Below, piece after piece: positions 1-9,601 of a stretch of 64,000 nt of DNA. The DNA comes from Bdellovibrionales bacterium. Its GTDB lineage: Bacteria > Bdellovibrionota > Bdellovibrionia > Bdellovibrionales > UBA1609. Both the position numbers and the translations under genes were made by a program. The DNA is taken from assembly GCA_965205945.1 (NCBI GenBank), contig CBDBIB010000003.1:256001-320000 (forward strand), read 5' to 3'. The notes beneath the pieces are model-generated. The model saw nothing but the letters and a program-made list of their open reading frames with translations, had not been told where the DNA came from and did no database searches. Numbering within the stretch: position 1 is the first letter of the stretch; each line of letters starts with the position of its first letter.

Positions 1-1170
1 GATGAAGTTCAAAGTGATAAGCTAGAGCCTGATTCTGGTAAAGACGATATTTTTAATGCAAACATAGAGGCTGCTGAACCTGACCTGCTTGTAACAGATA
101 TTACTGTTGATAATGACTATAAAGATGCTCCTATAGACGTGAATTACGAAAAACCTTTAAGTGTAGGGGTTTTAAAAAGTTTAGTTCCTGTTAAAAAAAT
201 GAAGACGGTTCCTTATTCAGTAAGTGGAGTTTTAGTAAATGCTATTTATTTTGTAAGAGAAGGGGATTCTTTAAGAAAAATAGCTGATCGTATTTACGGT
301 CAAGGAAGTGCTGTAGATTTTAAATTAGTGAATCCTCACTTAAAAGAGGGCGGGTTAAAAGTAGGTCAAAAGGTTTATTATAATTCACCTACACGATCAC
401 AAGATAGATCAAGACTTTTAACATATTATGAAGATATTCGTTCGCCAGTTCAAGTGTACAGTGCTCAAAAGGGTGAGAACATTAGAGCAGTTTCAAAATC
501 TTTATTAGGTCACAGTAGAAGTTGGATGGAAGTTTGGGCAACAAATCAACAAATTGAATCAAAAGGCAATTTAAAGGTTCCGTATCAGATTCGTTATTGG
601 GAAGCCGGAGCTTTAAAAGCTCCAATACTGGTTAAAAATAATAAACCTACTTTAACACCGAAAGAACCGGTATTAAAAGCACAACCTTTAAAACCCAAAA
701 CAGCAGATCAGGCAAAACTTAGTCTTAATAAAGAGTTACCCTTAAAGAAAGAGCCTGTAGGGGATGTTGCTGCTGCTATTGAGCCGGATGATAATATAGA
801 GTTTGATGAGCCGGATATGGAGCTTGATGAACCTGCTCTTACTGATGCTGCATTAAAGGATGATGATAGGTTTGATAAAAATACTGCTGCTAGAGGGGCT
901 GTGACAGACGCTGCTGTGCCAGGAGTAGAGGGAAGAGATATTGCAAGAAATGAGGCTGCTTTTCCAGCAAAAACTACAAGTCTTGCAGGTAATGACACAA
1001 TAAAAATGGGGATCATTGTAGTGGCTTTGCTCTTACTTTTAGTCGTGGGTTTTCTTGTGGTTAAGAGAAGGAGAGCTTTGCAGGGTTCTGAGTCAATAGA
1101 ATCTTTTGATTTTGGTGGAGAGACTACTATTGAGGAACAGCAAGCAACAAAAACTCAGATTGATTTGTAG
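1..1170 (+). CDS. LysM-domain membrane-anchored protein (5' end lies outside the window)
   Basis: Frame is open from base 1. LysM-like motif YFVREGDSLRKIADRIYG..VNP..LKVGQKV, a second LysM-like repeat, an acidic linker and a C-terminal TM helix followed by KRRR. Confidence 0.75.
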   Translation, partial: DEVQSDKLEPDSGKDDIFNANIEAAEPDLLVTDITVDNDYKDAPIDVNYEKPLSVGVLKSLVPVKKMKTVPYSVSGVLVNAIYFVREGDSLRKIADRIYGQGSAVDFKLVNPHLKEGGLKVGQKVYYNSPTRSQDRSRLLTYYEDIRSPVQVYSAQKGENIRAVSKSLLGHSRSWMEVWATNQQIESKGNLKVPYQIRYWEAGALKAPILVKNNKPTLTPKEPVLKAQPLKPKTADQAKLSLNKELPLKKEPVGDVAAAIEPDDNIEFDEPDMELDEPALTDAALKDDDRFDKNTAARGAVTDAAVPGVEGRDIARNEAAFPAKTTSLAGNDTIKMGIIVVALLLLLVVGFLVVKRRRALQGSESIESFDFGGETTIEEQQATKTQIDL

Positions 1171-1325
1171 CTTATAACCTAAAGTTCGGGCTTTTATCGG
1201 TTTGTTGTTTAAAGAGTAAGAAACCTAAGGTTAACAAAGAGCCAAAGCAGATTTTTAATTTAAGCTTTAAAAAGTGAAAACTTTTATGAGTCGTATGTTT
1301 AAGAATACAACTTTAGCACCAATAA

Positions 1326-1481
1326 TTAGTCTTTGGAGTTGTTTATATTTGAGATTCCATCATAAAAGGCATGTTCATCTGTATTAGGTTTGAAGTTGTT
1401 TTTGTTTCCACAGTTTTGAAAAAATAAAATGACAAGTACTAAGGGGATAAGGGTATATATTTTTTGTAATATGAATTTCAT
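1326..1481 (-). CDS. Small (51 aa) putative lipoprotein, possibly truncated
   Basis: Hand translation MKFILQKIYTLIPLVLVILFFQNCGNKNNFKPNTDEHAFYDGISNINNSKD*; signal peptide with FQNC lipobox. Below the ORF-track cutoff. Confidence 0.5.
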   Translation of the reverse strand: MKFILQKIYTLIPLVLVILFFQNCGNKNNFKPNTDEHAFYDGISNINNSKD

Positions 1482-1724
1482 AAGCTTTTTCTAATCTCCT
1501 AGAGCTTTGTCGACAGATTAGAAAAAAACTTTAGGCCTTAAGGGGATAAAGTTTAAAAAAATATTGGAAAGACGCAACGAAAACCACTGAACGTGTTCGC
1601 AAACGTAGAGGGGAAGCTGACAAAAGCTATTTGTAATATAATTATCCGTTTCATTAAATGAGTTTCCTTTGCTACCAGCCTCGTATCCGCGTCCTGGGTA
1701 ACCCATTAAGTGGGTACGGATGAG

Positions 1725-1797
1725 AGTAGGTTTTTAGGATACTTTAAGGCTGATATGTCTAAAATACCCTGTTAGTGTAGTTAAGTGCATATTCTGG
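1725..1797 (-). mobile_element. Isolated inverted left end of the IS1595-family element found at 4534
   Basis: Reverse complement (ccagaatatgcacttaactacactaacagggtattttagacatatcagccttaaagtatcctaaaaacctac) is nearly identical to 4534-4605. Confidence 0.85.
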
Positions 1798-1800
1798 AAA

Positions 1801-2058
1801 ATCAAATATGAAGAATAGGTTTGTTCCACTATTTGACAAACTATTGCTGAGGAAAAAATATATTGTTGAGACTGTTTTTGGAATTTTAAAAGAAGAGTTT
1901 CACATTGAACACTCTTGACATCAAAGTCTAAAAAACTTTGTAATGAATGTTTTGTCAGCACTAACAGCATATTTTCTGTGTCCTTTTAAACCATCAATCC
2001 GTGTTCAAACCCATGAAAATAGAATGTTACAGTAGATTTAAAAAGTTCGAATTCGGGT
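1801..2058 (+). mobile_element. IS982-family remnant (transposase C-terminus plus right IR)
   Basis: Translates NMKNRFVPLFDKLLLRKKYIVETVFGILKEEFHIEHS*; ends in aaaagttcgaattcgggt; homologous to 48450-48608. Confidence 0.75.
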
Positions 2059-2163
2059 TACCAAGAATAATTAATCTTGTATTTGATTGTGTTAAATGGG
2101 ATAAGTATTAGTGTAGAAAATTTTTTAGAATTTTATGATGTAGTAATATAGAGGAGTTATTAT

Positions 2164-2598
2164 ATGAATTATATAAAATGTTTTTTTTCTCGTCCTGAAA
2201 TTTCAAAATCTTTATCTATTTATTTGCTAGTTTTAAGAGTGCTTGTTGGTGTGGCATTCATACTTCATGGGTGGGGTAAAATTCAAAACCCATTTAATTG
2301 GATGTCTGCAGAATCTGGTGTTCCAGGGGTGTTACAATTCTTAGCAGCTTTTTCAGAGTTTGGTGGGGGCTTATCGCTTATTATAGGTTTAGTAGTGCCT
2401 TTATCTATGTTAGGCCTTGGCTTTACAATGGCTGTGGCAGTGGTTATGCATGCATTTATTTGGGGTGATCCCTTTGTTGCTTCTCAAGGTGGATCCTATG
2501 AGTTACCTCTTATATATTTAGCATTATGTGTATTGTTTGGAGGAGTGGGTCCAGGGCGTTATTCGCTAGATTCTAAAATATTTTCTAAAGCAAGTTAG
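2164..2598 (+). CDS. DoxX family membrane protein
   Basis: [27 protein letters not shown] and GPGRYSLD motifs; 4 TM segments. Confidence 0.9.
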   Translation: MNYIKCFFSRPEISKSLSIYLLVLRVLVGVAFILHGWGKIQNPFNWMSAESGVPGVLQFLAAFSEFGGGLSLIIGLVVPLSMLGLGFTMAVAVVMHAFIWGDPFVASQGGSYELPLIYLALCVLFGGVGPGRYSLDSKIFSKAS

Positions 2599-4328
2599 AG
2601 TTCTTCAATAAAAATTTTCTCTGTTATTTTCCAAAATTTGTTTTGTTTTCGAGCAATTATAAAAACAGGCATTCTAAAATATTTTTGAGCCTTAATGATT
2701 TGATTGATAGAATCAATGTTTAATTTCATTTCAGGTCTTTTCATATGAGATCTTAGAAAGTTAATATTGAATTTTTTAATACTTGTTTGATCATTAATAA
2801 AATGAGTTTCGGATAAATACTCAGCATTATAATCATAGTATTTTATTTTTAAGTAAGTGTTTTTATTTTTATCAGTGCACTCAAGCATCTGAATGGAGTC
2901 AGGTTGGAGGATATGAGAATTTTTAGATAAACGTGCTTGCTTTAGTTTAGCGCGGGTATCAATAAGAATACATTTACAGTTTGCACATTGGCGGGCATTG
3001 ATATCGTTATGGTAAGAACATTGATTACAGATTTTAAATCTAAAACGATACCCGCAAGGGGTGAAATCAAAGGAATCAATATTTTCTGTAGCGCCCTTGC
3101 ATTTTTGACCAAAGTGTTCAGTAACATTACCGTTTAAATCTACTCGTCCCCAAAAATTATTGCAGAATCCGCAGTCAGGACAAATCACTTGAACAGGGGT
3201 AGAATCAGAAGTTGTTTTTTTATTACCAATTTCCGGGCTGTATATATCATACCCCATACCAGTGTAATCAAGAATAAAACAGTCTTTTTTTTTAGAGTTT
3301 AGGCGTAAACCACGCCCAATAATTTGTTGATATAAACTTACAGATTCAGTGGGTCTTAAAATAGAAATAACATCAATATGAGGTGCATCAAAACCTGTTG
3401 TAAGAACTGAAACATTGACTAGATATTTAAACTTTTTATTTTTAAAATCTTGAATGATTTGATTTCTTTTAAAACTGTCTGTTTCACCAAGGATAAGGCG
3501 AGCATCTTTTTTAGGAAGGCTTGCCATGATGTCTTCAGCATGCTTTACAGTACTACTAAAGATTAGAACTCCTTGTCGGTCGTAGGCTGTGGTAATATCA
3601 ATAATATTTTTAATAATTAGTGGCGTAAGGTGTCGTTGTTGTTGAAGAGCTGCTTCAACTTGAGCTGTTGTATAAGTTTTAGATTCCATGAGCTCAGAAA
3701 AATTATAACAAGTGACAGGAATATCTACTCTTACAGGAGTTGTAAGGTACTTGTTTTTAATCATGTATTCAAGAGAGAGTTCATAGATGCATTGTTTAAA
3801 GAAACGTTTTTTTTGAGTATGAACAATACCTAAATGATTGTAGTTGTAAATCCAGCCTATTTCAAATCTATATGGAGTTGCAGTTAGACCAAGTATATAA
3901 AGATTCTTATTTTTAGTTTTTAGTTTTGTAATAACTTTTTGATATTGAGTATCTAGTTCAAGGCTGACTCTGTGACATTCATCAATTACGAGTAAGGTAA
4001 AATCATTAAAAAAAAGATCCTCAGCATTTGCGACAGATTGAATACTTCCAAAAATAACTTTTTGTAGGGAGTCTTTTTGATTAAGGCCTGCTGAATAAAT
4101 ACCGGCCTTAATGCCATAGGCTTCATATTTTAAATGATTTTGTTCAACAAGTTCTTTTACATGAGCAAGCACTAAAACGCGACCTTTAGCAATTCTTGCA
4201 AGTTCAGCGATGATTAAACTCTTGCCAGCCCCTGTGGGAAGCACAATAACAGCAGGGTCTTTCTTTTTTTTAAAGTACTTTATAGCGCTATGAACGGCTT
4301 CTTGTTGGTAGGGGCGAAGGTTATACAT
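2595..4328 (-). CDS. radD: DEAD/DEAH-box SF2 helicase, RadD/YejH family
   Basis: LRPYQ, PTGAGKS, DECH, GLTATP and QIIGRGLR motifs; C-terminal CxxC zinc fingers. Confidence 0.85.
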   Translation of the reverse strand: MYNLRPYQQEAVHSAIKYFKKKKDPAVIVLPTGAGKSLIIAELARIAKGRVLVLAHVKELVEQNHLKYEAYGIKAGIYSAGLNQKDSLQKVIFGSIQSVANAEDLFFNDFTLLVIDECHRVSLELDTQYQKVITKLKTKNKNLYILGLTATPYRFEIGWIYNYNHLGIVHTQKKRFFKQCIYELSLEYMIKNKYLTTPVRVDIPVTCYNFSELMESKTYTTAQVEAALQQQRHLTPLIIKNIIDITTAYDRQGVLIFSSTVKHAEDIMASLPKKDARLILGETDSFKRNQIIQDFKNKKFKYLVNVSVLTTGFDAPHIDVISILRPTESVSLYQQIIGRGLRLNSKKKDCFILDYTGMGYDIYSPEIGNKKTTSDSTPVQVICPDCGFCNNFWGRVDLNGNVTEHFGQKCKGATENIDSFDFTPCGYRFRFKICNQCSYHNDINARQCANCKCILIDTRAKLKQARLSKNSHILQPDSIQMLECTDKNKNTYLKIKYYDYNAEYLSETHFINDQTSIKKFNINFLRSHMKRPEMKLNIDSINQIIKAQKYFRMPVFIIARKQNKFWKITEKIFIEEL

Positions 4329-4533
4329 GAGATTTATGGTATAAGTTTAATAGATAAGGTCAAGATTCAAATAATATTTAGACAAATATAATAACTAAAA
4401 CATCTTAAGTTCCTACGATTGTAATAAAAAATTATAGCTATAATTATTCAAGAATAGGATGATTTATCGTTTTTTATAGAGTCAGCAGCCTAGCTTAGGC
4501 TGTTCTTATGTAAAACAACACTGTTTTATTTTA

Positions 4534-5523
4534 CCAGCATATGCACTTGACTACACTAACAGGGTATTTTAGACATATCAGTCTTAAAGTATCCTAAAAA
4601 CCTACGAGAATTTGATCAAATTTTTAAAGATGATGACGCTTGCTTGGCTTTTCTTAAGGAGCAGCGTTGGGGTAAAGACTTTAAATGCCAGGCCTGTGGC
4701 AACAACACATACTGGTTAATTTCAACTAGACTTTGCAAATGTAAAACTTGTCTTTTTGCAAATTCAGTCAAAGTTGGTTCTATTTTTGAGCCCTCAAAAC
4801 TTCCGATTAAAACATGGTTCTATGCAATCTGGTGGATCACTGCACAAAAAAACTGGAGTAAGCGCACTAAGCCTTCAAAGAATTCTGGGTCTAGGAAGTT
4901 ATGGAGCAGCCTGGCTACTTCTACATAAAATTCGAAACGCTATGGTCCATGGGGACTAGAGTCTTTTGCGTGGAGAGGTTGAAGTTGATGAAGCTTTTAT
5001 TGGTGGTTTTAGGTCTAAAAAGCGCGGTAGAGGAGCCGAAGGCAAAGAGCTTGTGGTGATTGCAGCTGAGTGCTCAGGAAAAAAGCGAGTTAGCAGAATC
5101 AGAATTCAAAGAGTTCCTGATGCTTCTACTGGAAACCTAGAAACATTTATTTTGGCAAATATAGAGCCTGGTTCGACCATCCATACTGATGGCTGGAAAA
5201 GTTATAATGATGTTGGAAGTTTAGGATACAAGCATTTGCCAAGAAAACCAGCGAGTGTAGATCCTGATGAATTGTTTCCGAGAATAAATACTGTAACAGC
5301 ACTTTTAAAAAGATGGTTGATGGGTACGCTCCATGGAAGATTGGACTCAAAACATATTAGATAGTTATTTTGAGGAGTTTATTTTTAGGCTTAACAGGAG
5401 AACATCTAAGGCGAGAGGTCTTTTATTCCAAAGAGTTATAGAAAACTCAATGCGTGTAGCTCCCACTCCCTACAAGGAAATAACGGCTAGAAAACGCTAA
5501 GTGTAGCTATGTGCATATGCTGG
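4534..5523 (+). mobile_element. IS1595-family insertion sequence with a disrupted transposase
   Basis: IRs ccagcatatgcac...gtgcatatgctgg; 8-bp target duplication TTATTTTA (4526-4533 and 5524-5531); Zn ribbon and EVDEAFIGG / IHTDGWKSY motifs split over several frames. Confidence 0.93.
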
Positions 5524-5694
5524 TTATTTTATTAATGCTGTAGACTAATCTAGTAAAAAATTTGTTAATTTAATAAAATTAAGCAATAGTGTAATATTTT
5601 TAAGGAATGAGTTTGAATTTAGAGGTTTTTATATAGTCCTTATTGAGAAAATTTTAAAATAAGGGTAAGAAAATATGAGAATAAAGGATTTAAT

Positions 5695-6567
5695 ATGGGA
5701 CAGATTGTAGCAGGTTTACTAGCTCCACATCCACCACACTTAGTGTATGCAGAGAATCCAGAGCAGAATATTCCGCGGGCTGAATGTGGTTGGGAAAATC
5801 TACGTTGGGCTTATGAACGTTTAAGGAAAAGCTTAGCAGAACTAGAGTATGATACCATTGTTGTTCACTCTCCTCATTGGAGAACACAAATAGGAACTCA
5901 TTTTTTAGGAGTAAAACATTTTAAAAACCTTTCTGTAGATCCAATTTTTCCACATCTTTTTAGATATCATTATAATTTAAAAGTTGATGTGGAGTTGGCC
6001 AACAAACTTTGTAGTCAAGCTTTTAAAGCAGGGTTGATGACAAAGATGATGAAAAACCCAGATTTTAGGGTGGACTATGGTACAATTACTAGTTGTCATA
6101 TGGTGAATCCATTATGGGATAAGCCTATTGTTGGAATTTCTTCTAACGGAGCATCTAAGTACTATAGTATGGATGTCATGCAGGAGCAAATGGCTGTTTT
6201 AGGAAAAGCCACAGCTAAAGCTATTAAAGAATCTGATAAAAAAGTTATTCTTATTGCAAGCCACTCATTATCCCATCGTCATTATGTTAAAGAGGCAGAT
6301 CCACCAGAGGATATGTCAAAAGAACATGTGGATCATCATGGTCAGTATCTTTGGGATATGAAAATGATTGATCTTATGAAAAAAGGAGACGTTAAAGAAA
6401 TTTTTAATACTATTCCAGATTTTACTGAACAGACTAATGCTGAAACTGAAGCTGGTGGGCTTTCGTGGATGCTTCAAGCTATGGGTATGAAAAATATAAA
6501 AGCTCAAGTTCACGGTTATGGAACGGTTATTGGTACAGGCAATGCTGTTGTTGAATGGAGGTCTTAA
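5695..6567 (+). CDS. amnB: 2-aminophenol 1,6-dioxygenase beta (catalytic) subunit-like extradiol dioxygenase, LigB family
   Basis: APHPPHLVYAENP, LRWAYER, HSPHW, SVDPIFP, FRVDYGTI and GYGTVIGTGNAV match AmnB/CnbCb. Confidence 0.85.
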   Translation: MGQIVAGLLAPHPPHLVYAENPEQNIPRAECGWENLRWAYERLRKSLAELEYDTIVVHSPHWRTQIGTHFLGVKHFKNLSVDPIFPHLFRYHYNLKVDVELANKLCSQAFKAGLMTKMMKNPDFRVDYGTITSCHMVNPLWDKPIVGISSNGASKYYSMDVMQEQMAVLGKATAKAIKESDKKVILIASHSLSHRHYVKEADPPEDMSKEHVDHHGQYLWDMKMIDLMKKGDVKEIFNTIPDFTEQTNAETEAGGLSWMLQAMGMKNIKAQVHGYGTVIGTGNAVVEWRS

Positions 6568-7509
6568 ATGATTGATGAAAATTTTAAAGAAATACCTGAG
6601 CGCCCAGAAGTTTTAAAATCTTATGTGGTGCCAGGACTTCCTCACTTGCTACTTTGTCCTGAGAAAAAACCTGAGTGGCAAAGATTAAACGATGCTTTTA
6701 AAAAAGTAAAGGATGAGATTAAAGAGTTAAGCCCAGATGTGATTTTAATTTATTCAAGCTATTGGTTTAGTATATTAGGGCACCAGTTTCAAGCTAACCC
6801 AAACCCTAATTGGATTTTAGTTGATGAAGAGTGGCATGAACTAGGCTCTATTCCTTATGAAATGACCATTGATACAAGTTTTGCTTTAGAGAACAAGGCT
6901 TTTGCAGAAAAACGTGGTCTCCACACAAGAGCTATAAACTATGAGGGTTTTCCAATAGATACAGGGTCAGTGGTAGCATCAAAATTATTAAATCCAGATA
7001 ACAAATTTAAAACGGTAATTGTTTCATCAAATATATATTCTGATCGAGCTGAAACCGTAGTTTTAGCAAAATCATCTTTAGATACGCTAAAAAAACAAGG
7101 TAAAAAAGCTGTGGTGATTTTAGTCTCATCACTATCAAATCGTTATTTAGAAGAACCTTTGGATTTTAATAAGCCTGAAAGAATTCATTCACAAAAAGAT
7201 CAGGAGTGGAATTTAGAATTTTTAAAATTTTTGTCACAAGGTCGACTTGAGGACGCTTCACAGTTATCAAGGCAATTTCATAAAGAAGCTAGAGTAACTA
7301 AAAAAGTAGTGGCTTTTAAGCCTTATTGGTGGCTTTCAACAATGATGGGCGAGACTAATACTTTAAAAGGTGAGGTTATGGCATACGAGCCTATTCATGG
7401 AACGGGCGCTGCAATTGTATCTTTTACTCCAGCAGGTATAAGTGAAGGTGGTTTAGAGTTTGATGAAGAGGATGCTGAATTTTATAAAGGAAACCGTAAT
7501 GTCCTCTGA
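6568..7509 (+). CDS. amnA: 2-aminophenol 1,6-dioxygenase alpha subunit-like (LigB fold)
   Basis: VPGLPHLLL, YEGFPIDTG and YEPIHGTGAAIV; abuts the beta-subunit gene. Confidence 0.75.
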   Translation: MIDENFKEIPERPEVLKSYVVPGLPHLLLCPEKKPEWQRLNDAFKKVKDEIKELSPDVILIYSSYWFSILGHQFQANPNPNWILVDEEWHELGSIPYEMTIDTSFALENKAFAEKRGLHTRAINYEGFPIDTGSVVASKLLNPDNKFKTVIVSSNIYSDRAETVVLAKSSLDTLKKQGKKAVVILVSSLSNRYLEEPLDFNKPERIHSQKDQEWNLEFLKFLSQGRLEDASQLSRQFHKEARVTKKVVAFKPYWWLSTMMGETNTLKGEVMAYEPIHGTGAAIVSFTPAGISEGGLEFDEEDAEFYKGNRNVL

Positions 7510-8614
7510 TACTGAATATTATGATATAAAAAATTTAAAAACTTTTCCAAAGAGTCCACTTGGAGAAAAAATTAAAGGGCTTTCATCAGGGCATGATGTT
7601 GAGTGGGTGCCCTTAGTTGATTTTAGAAGAAATGGCGTTAGTGAGAACACAATTCACGGTGCTATATCTTGGTTTTCAGGGGATAAAACAATTCATTCTT
7701 TTGGGGGGAATGTTCTTTGTTATGGTAGATCTATGATGAAGCCTTTTTACATAAAAGCTTTTCAAAAAGAACTTGCTAATACAACAAGCTGGAAACAAAA
7801 AACTATATCTATTTCATCACACAATGGAACAGCAGAACATGTATCCTGTGCTCAATCACTACTTCCTAAAGGGGAGTGGGGTTTAATGCTCACACCCCTT
7901 GATTTACCTCTTGTTCAGTTTGGAAGGCAAGTTAGACGTCCAAGAAGATGGCTTAATAACTCCTCAGGTCATCATGCTGCTCTTTTAAAAGGTTTAAGGT
8001 TAAAGGGTATAAATAGGGCAGGCTATATGCTACCAAATCATGAACTTTTTAAAGAATATTTAAAGGTCATGGGAAAATATTTAAATCAAGATGGCGCTAT
8101 TTATAAACCTAGGAGAGTAGCTCGTGATGGAGATGGTTTACCAACATGTGCAATGACAGTGGATGAGTTAGCAAAATGTTATGCGGCTTTGACCGTCGAT
8201 AAAGATAAGGATTGGATTTGGGAGGCTTTTTGTAAAGAACCTGATTTACTTGGAGGTTTTAATCGTTTAGACACAACGGTGATTAAATCTTGTAAAGGTA
8301 AAGTGATTGCTAAAGAAGGTGCTGATGGTCTTTTAGGTTTAGGTATCATTCATCCAGACTATCCAGGTGGATTAGGTGTGGTTATTAAGATTGCTCATGG
8401 CTGGAATCCTCAAGCAACTTGGTATGTGGCAAGAGCTATATTAGGTGTTTTAGGTTTTCAGCTTAGAAACCCTTATCCATTAAAAAGACAAAAAGCTTTT
8501 ATAGTAGAGGGGCTTGTTCCTCCACAGTATTTAAAAACTTTGGAAAAGATTTCTACCTGGGATGAATGGGATCCAGATCATGATCGTTGGTATTTTGAAG
8601 AAGATTTTTTATAG
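7499..8614 (+). CDS. L-asparaginase II (Rhizobium etli-type, class 3) family protein with altered metal ligands
   Basis: RSMMKP, SSHNG, NNSSGHH, DGDGLP, AKEGADG and GLGVVIKI motifs. ATG at 7499 overlaps the end of amnA. Confidence 0.75.
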   Translation: MSSDTEYYDIKNLKTFPKSPLGEKIKGLSSGHDVEWVPLVDFRRNGVSENTIHGAISWFSGDKTIHSFGGNVLCYGRSMMKPFYIKAFQKELANTTSWKQKTISISSHNGTAEHVSCAQSLLPKGEWGLMLTPLDLPLVQFGRQVRRPRRWLNNSSGHHAALLKGLRLKGINRAGYMLPNHELFKEYLKVMGKYLNQDGAIYKPRRVARDGDGLPTCAMTVDELAKCYAALTVDKDKDWIWEAFCKEPDLLGGFNRLDTTVIKSCKGKVIAKEGADGLLGLGIIHPDYPGGLGVVIKIAHGWNPQATWYVARAILGVLGFQLRNPYPLKRQKAFIVEGLVPPQYLKTLEKISTWDEWDPDHDRWYFEEDFL

Positions 8615-8630
8615 GAAGGAAGAAAAAAAT

Positions 8631-9047
8631 ATGTCGATTAATAGCGAAAAAGCACCAGAGCCTGTAGGTGCATATCCTCATGCAAAAAGAATAGGAGACC
8701 TGCTTTTCTTATCCGGTGTTGGCCCTAGAGTAAAGAATTCTAAAAAAATTCCAGGAGTAGAGATTTCATTAGATGGTGAAATTTTAAGTTATGATATTAA
8801 AATACAAACTCATGCAGTTATTAATAATATTAAATTAATTTTAGAATCTTCGGGTTTGGAATTAAAAGACTTAGTGGACTGTCAGTGTTTTTTAACAAAT
8901 ATGAAAAAAGATTTTAAAAAGTTTAATCAAGTTTATGCAGAGTATTTTTCAATAAAAAATGGTCCGTGTAGAACTACAGTAGAAATTGGCGCTTTACCAA
9001 CTCCAATTGCTGTTGAATTTAAGTGCATTGCTAAATTAAGAACGTAG
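8631..9047 (+). CDS. RidA/YjgF family deaminase (2-aminomuconate deaminase-like)
   Basis: APEPVGAYPHA, LLFLSG, FNQVYAEYF and PCRTTVEIGALP..AVE motifs; context matches AmnD-type enzymes. Confidence 0.85.
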   Translation: MSINSEKAPEPVGAYPHAKRIGDLLFLSGVGPRVKNSKKIPGVEISLDGEILSYDIKIQTHAVINNIKLILESSGLELKDLVDCQCFLTNMKKDFKKFNQVYAEYFSIKNGPCRTTVEIGALPTPIAVEFKCIAKLRT

Positions 9048-9227
9048 CTATTTTCTAACATGTTTATGTTTAAGCGTCATAATTAAAATCAGCAGATTAG
9101 AGAAAGTACTATTTAGTGTTAAATAACTTTAAATCTTTATTTGTCTAATATGAGAATTTGATTTTTTTAGTTTATGTGGTTGTAAAATAGTTTGACTAAT
9201 TTAAATAATGTTTATATTTTTTTAAGA

Positions 9228-9530
9228 ATGATGGAGAAAAAAATAAGTCAAAAAATAAAAAATAAATTTAAACCCACTGTATTTTTTTTAGAAAATGAAA
9301 GTCATAAGCACTCAGGATCAAGAACAGAAAGTCACTTTAAAGTTTATTTAGTGTCTAATGAATTTAATACCTTGTCTAAAATACAAAGGCAAAGACTTGT
9401 TAATGATTTGATGAAAGAAGAGTTTGATAAAGGTCTTCATGCACTTTCTTTAAGATTAAGGACAGTAAAGGAGCATTCGTTAAAAGGTGTAGGAGATTTT
9501 ATTAGTCCATCTTGTGTTTCTAAAAGCTAA
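9228..9530 (+). CDS. bolA: BolA family protein
   Basis: NESHKH, ESHFKVYLVS, QRQRLV and GLHALSL motifs. Confidence 0.9.
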   Translation: MMEKKISQKIKNKFKPTVFFLENESHKHSGSRTESHFKVYLVSNEFNTLSKIQRQRLVNDLMKEEFDKGLHALSLRLRTVKEHSLKGVGDFISPSCVSKS

Positions 9531-9601
9531 TTATGTGTGGTGGGTTTAGTACAATAGTTTTTTAAATTTTTAGGCAGAATGTAACTGTTAGATAAAAAAT
9601 A

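Noticed and set aside
1680..1725. Hairpin (acccattaagtgggt) suggesting an ncRNA
   Set aside because: Short stem with no family signature; better explained as part of a decayed coding remnant.
4644..5364. Programmed frameshift in the IS1595 transposase
   Set aside because: Several frame breaks and in-frame stops indicate decay rather than recoding.
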